Below are positions 16,647-20,588 of a stretch of DNA of 20,588 nt, in pieces. The stretch lies in the IMG/VR virus record IMGVR_UViG_2531839584_000015; one strand, written 5' to 3'. Position 1 is the stretch's first letter. Every line of letters begins with the position of its first letter. The notes beneath the pieces are model-generated. The model did not search any database. It was not told where the DNA came from and saw nothing but the letters and a program-made list of their open reading frames with translations. The stretch comes from a virus (Duplodnaviria; Heunggongvirae; Uroviricota; Caudoviricetes). Both the position numbers and the translations under genes were made by a program.

Positions 16647-16805
16647 AAGAGAAGGTGGTTCCACCTTGCAGACCTTGTGGCAAGCGGGGCGGAACTACTG
16701 GAACCACTGGAACCGCCTTTCTACTAGAAACCCCATATATATATATAAGTCGATTGAGGGAAAGGTTAGGAAAAGGTGGTTCCAGGTGGGGGCAGGTGGT
16801 TCCAC
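16616..16805. repeat. Putative origin of replication: iteron arrays flanking an AT-rich (AT)7 tract
   Basis: GGAACC(A/G)C-type repeats at 16616, 16625, 16635, 16691 (GGAACT), 16700 and 16709, spaced about 9-10 bp. Inverted copies GGTGGTTCC at 16654, 16775 and 16795. AT-rich CCCCATATATATATATAAG at 16731..16749. Overlaps the 3' end of the primase gene. Confidence 0.6.
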
Positions 16806-16806
16806 T

Positions 16807-16849
16807 CCGCATTAGCAACTTTTTGCATGTTGATACATGCAATATGCGG
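16807..16849. promoter_or_regulatory. Nested palindrome upstream of the Q-like gene (candidate operator)
   Basis: TTGCATGT-TGAT-ACATGCAA (16823..16842) nested inside CCGCAT...ATGCGG (16807..16849). Confidence 0.35.
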
Positions 16850-16934
16850 ATCGGAACTGCGTTATCCACACCCACGGATATACAGACGTAGTTCTCAGAA
16901 AATTTTTTCGTAGCAAAACGTAGAGGTCAGAGCT

Positions 16935-17357
16935 ATGCGTAATATTCAACAGGTTTTAGAGCGCTGGGGTGGCTGGGCAGCGAGTGAAGGTGGTAGCGTC
17001 TACTTTCCTCCTGTTGCAGCCGGGTTTAAGAATCTGCTACCCGCGACGCAGTCTGGAAGGCTGAAATGCAGTGACAATGACGGTCTTATCATCAACTCCG
17101 CTATGAGCTGCTTGAAGAAAAAAGATCCGTATCTGTGCACGCTCCTTGAGTGGCATTACGTCCAGGCCATGCCCGTGAGGGCGATGGGTGAGAAGCTCGG
17201 CGTATCTCACACCCACGTTCTGAAGAGGCTTCAGGCGGCAGAGGGATTTATTGACGGTTGCTTAGCCATGCTGGATGTGGTGCTCGAAATGGATCAGTCG
17301 GTTCAGTCAAAGCCTCAGGCTATCAGGACTTTGCGTAGGAGCTGCTCGGCGGCATAA
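16935..17357 (+). CDS. Phage antitermination protein Q (QuuD-like, Phage_antitermQ family)
   Basis: N-terminus MRNIQQVLERWGGWAA...AAGFK and C-terminal KRLQAAEGFIDGCLAMLDVVLEMD closely resemble E. coli prophage QuuD-type Q proteins as I recall them. Confidence 0.8.
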   Translation: MRNIQQVLERWGGWAASEGGSVYFPPVAAGFKNLLPATQSGRLKCSDNDGLIINSAMSCLKKKDPYLCTLLEWHYVQAMPVRAMGEKLGVSHTHVLKRLQAAEGFIDGCLAMLDVVLEMDQSVQSKPQAIRTLRRSCSAA

Positions 17358-17388
17358 TATCCAGCAATCAATCACGTAAGGGAACCAG

Positions 17389-17730
17389 ATGGCTCTGATC
17401 AGCGTTCGCAACAGATTTGAAAGCTTCATGGAACAGAGGTACCCAGACCTGTCGTTGCAGGTCAAAGGTAATATTGGCGCATCAATGAAGGCTCAACTTG
17501 GCATCAGGATTGAACGAGAATTGTACAGTGAAGATGTTACTTACTGTGATTCAGCAGTTCAGTTGATGTGGACACTCTTTCAGGCAGGTGTTCTGGCCGA
17601 ACGAAGAGCTACCAGCGTTACGCTTCCTGCGCTGAAGGCAAAGCCGGATAGCTTCTACGATGCGGGTTATAACGAAGGTATTCAGGACTGTCGTAAACAT
17701 CTGACGGCATCAGGCATCAAGGTAAGATAA
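17389..17730 (+). CDS. Hypothetical protein, 113 aa, co-transcribed with Q
   Basis: ORF with AAGGGA RBS 31 bp after the Q stop. No family recognised. Confidence 0.5.
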   Translation: MALISVRNRFESFMEQRYPDLSLQVKGNIGASMKAQLGIRIERELYSEDVTYCDSAVQLMWTLFQAGVLAERRATSVTLPALKAKPDSFYDAGYNEGIQDCRKHLTASGIKVR

Positions 17731-17797
17731 AAAATAGTTGTGGAATTCCAAAAAGCCGATTAGCCTGATATCTGTTGAAAACAGTTCATCACGAAGA

Positions 17798-17821
17798 GGC
17801 TCCCGCAAGGGGGCCTTTTTT
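17798..17821 (+). terminator. Rho-independent terminator
   Basis: GGCTCCC-GCAA-GGGGGCC hairpin (one G-U wobble pair) followed by TTTTTT. Confidence 0.7.
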
Positions 17822-17974
17822 AATGCTCTATTCTCAGTAAAAGTTAATAAAACAGGGTTTTCGTCGCGAAAAAACGCTATGCAGTTTTTGCCCTTTTTTA
17901 TGCACCTTTTATTCACTCGAATTTCGTCATTCTGGACCACTTAAGTTGATTAAATAGGCCTTTCATCGCAAATC

Positions 17975-18794
17975 GGCACTGTTGCAAAGTTAGCGATGAG
18001 GCAGCCTTTTGTCTTATTCAAAGGCCTTACATTTCAAAAACTCTGCTTACCAGGCGCATTTCGCCCAGGGGATCACCATAATAAAATGCTGAGGCCTGGC
18101 CTTTGCGTAGTGCACGCATCACCTCAATACCTTTGATGGTGGCGTAAGCCGTCTTCATGGATTTAAATCCCAGCGTGGCGCCGATTATCCGTTTCAGTTT
18201 GCCATGATCGCATTCAATCACGTTGTTCCGGTACTTAATCTGTCGGTGTTCAACGTCAGACGGGCACCGGCCTTCGCGTTTGAGCAGAGCAAGCGCGCGA
18301 CCATAGGCGGGCGCTTTATCCGTGTTGATGAATCGCGGGATCTGCCACTTCTTCACGTTGTTGAGGATTTTACCCAGAAACCGGTATGCAGCTTTGCTGT
18401 TACGACGGGAGGAGAGATAAAAATCGACAGTGCGGCCCCGGCTGTCGACGGCCCGGTACAGATACGCCCAGCGGCCATTGACCTTCACGTAGGTTTCATC
18501 CATGTGCCACGGGCAAAGATCGGAAGGGTTACGCCAGTACCAGCGCAGCCGTTTTTCCATTTCAGGCGCATAACGCTGAACCCAGCGGTAAATCGTGGAG
18601 TGATCGACATTCACTCCGCGTTCAGCCAGCATCTCCTGCAGCTCACGGTAACTGATGCCGTATTTGCAGTACCAGCGTACGGCCCACAGAATGATGTCAC
18701 GCTGAAAATGCCGGCCTTTGAATGGGTTCATGTGCAGCTCCATCAGCAAAAGGGGATGATAAGTTTATCACCACCGACTATTTGCAACAGTGCC
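17975..18794 (-). mobile_element. IS26 (IS6 family), complete 820-bp copy
   Basis: 14-bp terminal inverted repeats GGCACTGTTGCAAA at 17975..17988 and the reverse complement at 18781..18794. Internal transposase matches Tnp26. Flanking 8-mers differ (CGCAAATC vs ACGTAATG), so there is no target-site duplication. Confidence 0.95.
18027..18731 (-). CDS. tnp26: IS26 transposase Tnp26 (DDE), 234 aa
   Basis: Protein MNPFKGRHFQRDIILWAVRWYCKYGISYRELQEMLAERGVNVDHSTIYRWVQRYAPEMEK... is the canonical IS26 transposase. The track ORF starts 6 codons upstream (MLMELH). Confidence 0.95.
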   Translation of the reverse strand: MNPFKGRHFQRDIILWAVRWYCKYGISYRELQEMLAERGVNVDHSTIYRWVQRYAPEMEKRLRWYWRNPSDLCPWHMDETYVKVNGRWAYLYRAVDSRGRTVDFYLSSRRNSKAAYRFLGKILNNVKKWQIPRFINTDKAPAYGRALALLKREGRCPSDVEHRQIKYRNNVIECDHGKLKRIIGATLGFKSMKTAYATIKGIEVMRALRKGQASAFYYGDPLGEMRLVSRVFEM

Positions 18795-19296
18795 ACGTAA
18801 TGCGCTGAACTGTGCAGGATGCGAGCTGATTTTTGAAGACAAGATAAGCGGCACAAAGTCCGAAAGGCCGGGACTGAAAAAACTGCTTAGGACATTATCG
18901 GCAGGTGACACTCTGGTTGTCTGGAAGCTGGACCGACTGGGGCGCAGTATGCGGCATCTTGTCGTGCTGGTGGAGGGGTTGCGCGAACGAGGCATTAACT
19001 TTCGTAGTCTGACGGATTCAATTGATACCAGCACACCGATGGGGCGTTTTTTCTTTCATGTGATGGGTGCCCTGGCTGAAATGGAACGAGAACTGATTGT
19101 TGAACGAACAAAAGCTGGACTGGAAGCTGCTCGCGCACAGGGACGAATTGGTGGACGTCGTCCCAAACTTACACCAGAACAATGGGCGCAGGCCGGGCGA
19201 CTAATTGCATCAGGAGTTCCTCGCCAGAAGGTGGCGATCATTTATGATGTTGGCGTATCGACTTTGTATAAGAAGTTTCCGGTCGGAGATAAATGA
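18795..19296 (+). pseudogene. Pin/Gin/Hin-family serine DNA invertase, 5'-truncated by IS26 (catalytic serine region missing)
   Basis: Translation RNALNCAGCELIFEDKISGTKSERPGLKKLL...GRFFFHVMGALAEMERELIVERTKAGL... aligns from about residue 19 of Pin/Gin. Homology starts exactly at the IS26 boundary. The N-terminal MLIGYVRVST segment with the active-site Ser is absent. Confidence 0.8.
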
Positions 19297-19376
19297 AACC
19301 GTAGCACGTCGTATGCAAGAACGTGCCACGGCTGGCTGATAAGCTTGTAAAAATATTGAACAGGGAGTGGAGCATT

Positions 19377-20024
19377 CTATGAAGCTAATTTGTTTAATTT
19401 CATTTGTAGTGACTTTACTTCTTGGTCGATAATGTCGAATCCCTTATTGACAGCATCTCTTAGCTCTGCATCAATATTTTTTATCCCTTGAGCATAATCT
19501 ACCATTACATTTATTTTTGCATCATGTAATCTTTTATACATGGTTTTATCTTTGTTATTGTCTGCCATGCCAATAAGGATTTTTTCATAATCCTCAATGA
19601 GTTTGTTGTTTCCTTTAAATGATTGTATTAATGAGCGTGAATATGTGTATATGTTAATTATTGAGTCTCTAGCAGAATCATTTAGTTTTGCAATGACATT
19701 CGCATTTTGCTCATAGAATGTGAAATTATCATCCCCTACAGGGAATGTGAGAATCAACATTTGTCCCGGTTTTATATTATCAATGTGTGTTTTCATCCTT
19801 TTATTATATAAATTGATTAGGGTGAAAACTTCTCCCTTAACTCCTTTTAATACTGAAAGTTGTAATTCAAGGGATTCTCTTTCTGTCTCTACTTTAGACA
19901 GCTTAGCTTGTTGGGTGACTCCTTTTAGGGTAAACCATCCGCCAATAAGAGTACCAACTAGAGCTGTGAGGGAGGAGGATAACCATCCAGGTATGCTATT
20001 TAAAAGATTACTAAATTCACTCAT
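19377..20024 (-). CDS. Hypothetical membrane-anchored protein, 215 aa (second copy of 204..851)
   Basis: Protein identical to 204..851 in the ORF track; part of the terminal duplication. Confidence 0.55.
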   Translation of the reverse strand: MSEFSNLLNSIPGWLSSSLTALVGTLIGGWFTLKGVTQQAKLSKVETERESLELQLSVLKGVKGEVFTLINLYNKRMKTHIDNIKPGQMLILTFPVGDDNFTFYEQNANVIAKLNDSARDSIINIYTYSRSLIQSFKGNNKLIEDYEKILIGMADNNKDKTMYKRLHDAKINVMVDYAQGIKNIDAELRDAVNKGFDIIDQEVKSLQMKLNKLAS

Positions 20025-20082
20025 TATAAGTACTCGCTAATATTGAACGATATATATATCAAATTATTATAAAACTCGTCAG

Positions 20083-20517
20083 CTACTGGAGAAGGCTACC
20101 TGAACTTCGAACTATTCCTGCATCCATATAGTTGATGGTCTTCTGGAGCTCTTCGATTAGGGCAACAGCTTTTGCTCGAGAAATGCATATTAGTTGATCC
20201 GGAAATTCTTGTAAGGGCCAGTTTGGTATACAGGCCATGTTATCAGTGAAGGATGCAGACAAGTAAACTTCATTGGTAACCAGAGAATAGCTTACCTCAA
20301 AATTGGTGAGTTCCGGCAAACTGCTAACGTTTGACTCTTTTCTGCGCATAATATTATCCATGACTGTAATTATGTACAGGTGATGGTCTTCAATTTCGAA
20401 GAGGGAGTCAAGGGGGAGTCTCAAATGAACCGTTATAGAAAAGGGGGGGATCTTTGTGTTGCTGAACTTATGCAAAATTTTTTTGCACCATAAATCCAAC
20501 AACACATTCAATAACAC
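20083..20517 (-). CDS. Hypothetical protein, up to 144 aa (second copy of 910..1344)
   Basis: Protein identical to 910..1344; same start-site uncertainty. Confidence 0.4.
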   Translation of the reverse strand: MLLNVLLDLWCKKILHKFSNTKIPPFSITVHLRLPLDSLFEIEDHHLYIITVMDNIMRRKESNVSSLPELTNFEVSYSLVTNEVYLSASFTDNMACIPNWPLQEFPDQLICISRAKAVALIEELQKTINYMDAGIVRSSGSLLQ

Positions 20518-20588
20518 ATTGCTGTATCACTATGAAAATAAATGTGTTTTTATTTGATTTCACACATATCACAATTGATGCATTTTTT

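Larger units (their letters stand above)
19174..20588. repeat. Right copy of the 1,415-bp terminal direct repeat
   Basis: See left copy. Offset is 19,173 bp. Confidence 0.85.

Noticed and set aside
16616-16805. Possible CRISPR array, given the many short repeats
   Set aside because: Repeats are only 8-9 bp, irregularly spaced at 9-20 bp, and present in both orientations around an AT tract; this is iteron architecture, not repeat-spacer structure.
16543-16891. ORFs of 88-110 aa spanning the iteron/AT-rich region
   Set aside because: The reading frames are generated by the short repeats (translating as GGTTGT... / VVPVVP...) and run straight across the origin-like structure; not plausible proteins.
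17738-17944. 68-aa ORF after the 113-aa gene
   Set aside because: Runs through the rho-independent terminator and has no RBS; likely non-coding.
18204-18800. 198-aa ORF on the + strand inside IS26
   Set aside because: Antisense to the canonical Tnp26 gene; IS26 is known to encode a single transposase.
17967-18802. An 8-bp target-site duplication flanking IS26
   Set aside because: The flanking 8-mers (CGCAAATC and ACGTAATG) do not match, so this is not a simple insertion.

Overview
The first 1,415 bp of this 20.6-kb window are repeated exactly at its end (1..1415 = 19174..20588), leaving about 19.2 kb of unique sequence; this fits a circular or tandemly repeated element. The content is a mosaic, lambdoid-type defective prophage or satellite-like element. 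It carries a tyrosine integrase with a convergent AlpA-like HTH gene, and a long leftward operon of replication genes (Cys4 zinc-finger protein, DUF2800 Cas4-like nuclease, DUF2815 SSB-like protein, family A DNA polymerase, DUF4406, VRR-NUC, SNF2 helicase). It also has a divergent cI (HTH + LexA-like S24 peptidase) / Cro switch, a Prim-Pol/VirE-type primase whose 3' end runs into an iteron-type origin, and a QuuD-like Q antiterminator. An IS26 copy with no target-site duplication truncates a Pin/Gin-type serine invertase. No capsid, tail, terminase or lysis genes are visible. Three AT-rich cargo loci of unknown function sit against or beside the phage backbone: a three-gene cassette at 4704..6377, a single membrane-protein gene at 9268..9897, and a two-gene operon at 204..1344. 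These are the most likely place for an undescribed accessory or anti-phage system. All calls rest on reading the ORF translations and the sequence by eye; no database search was run.
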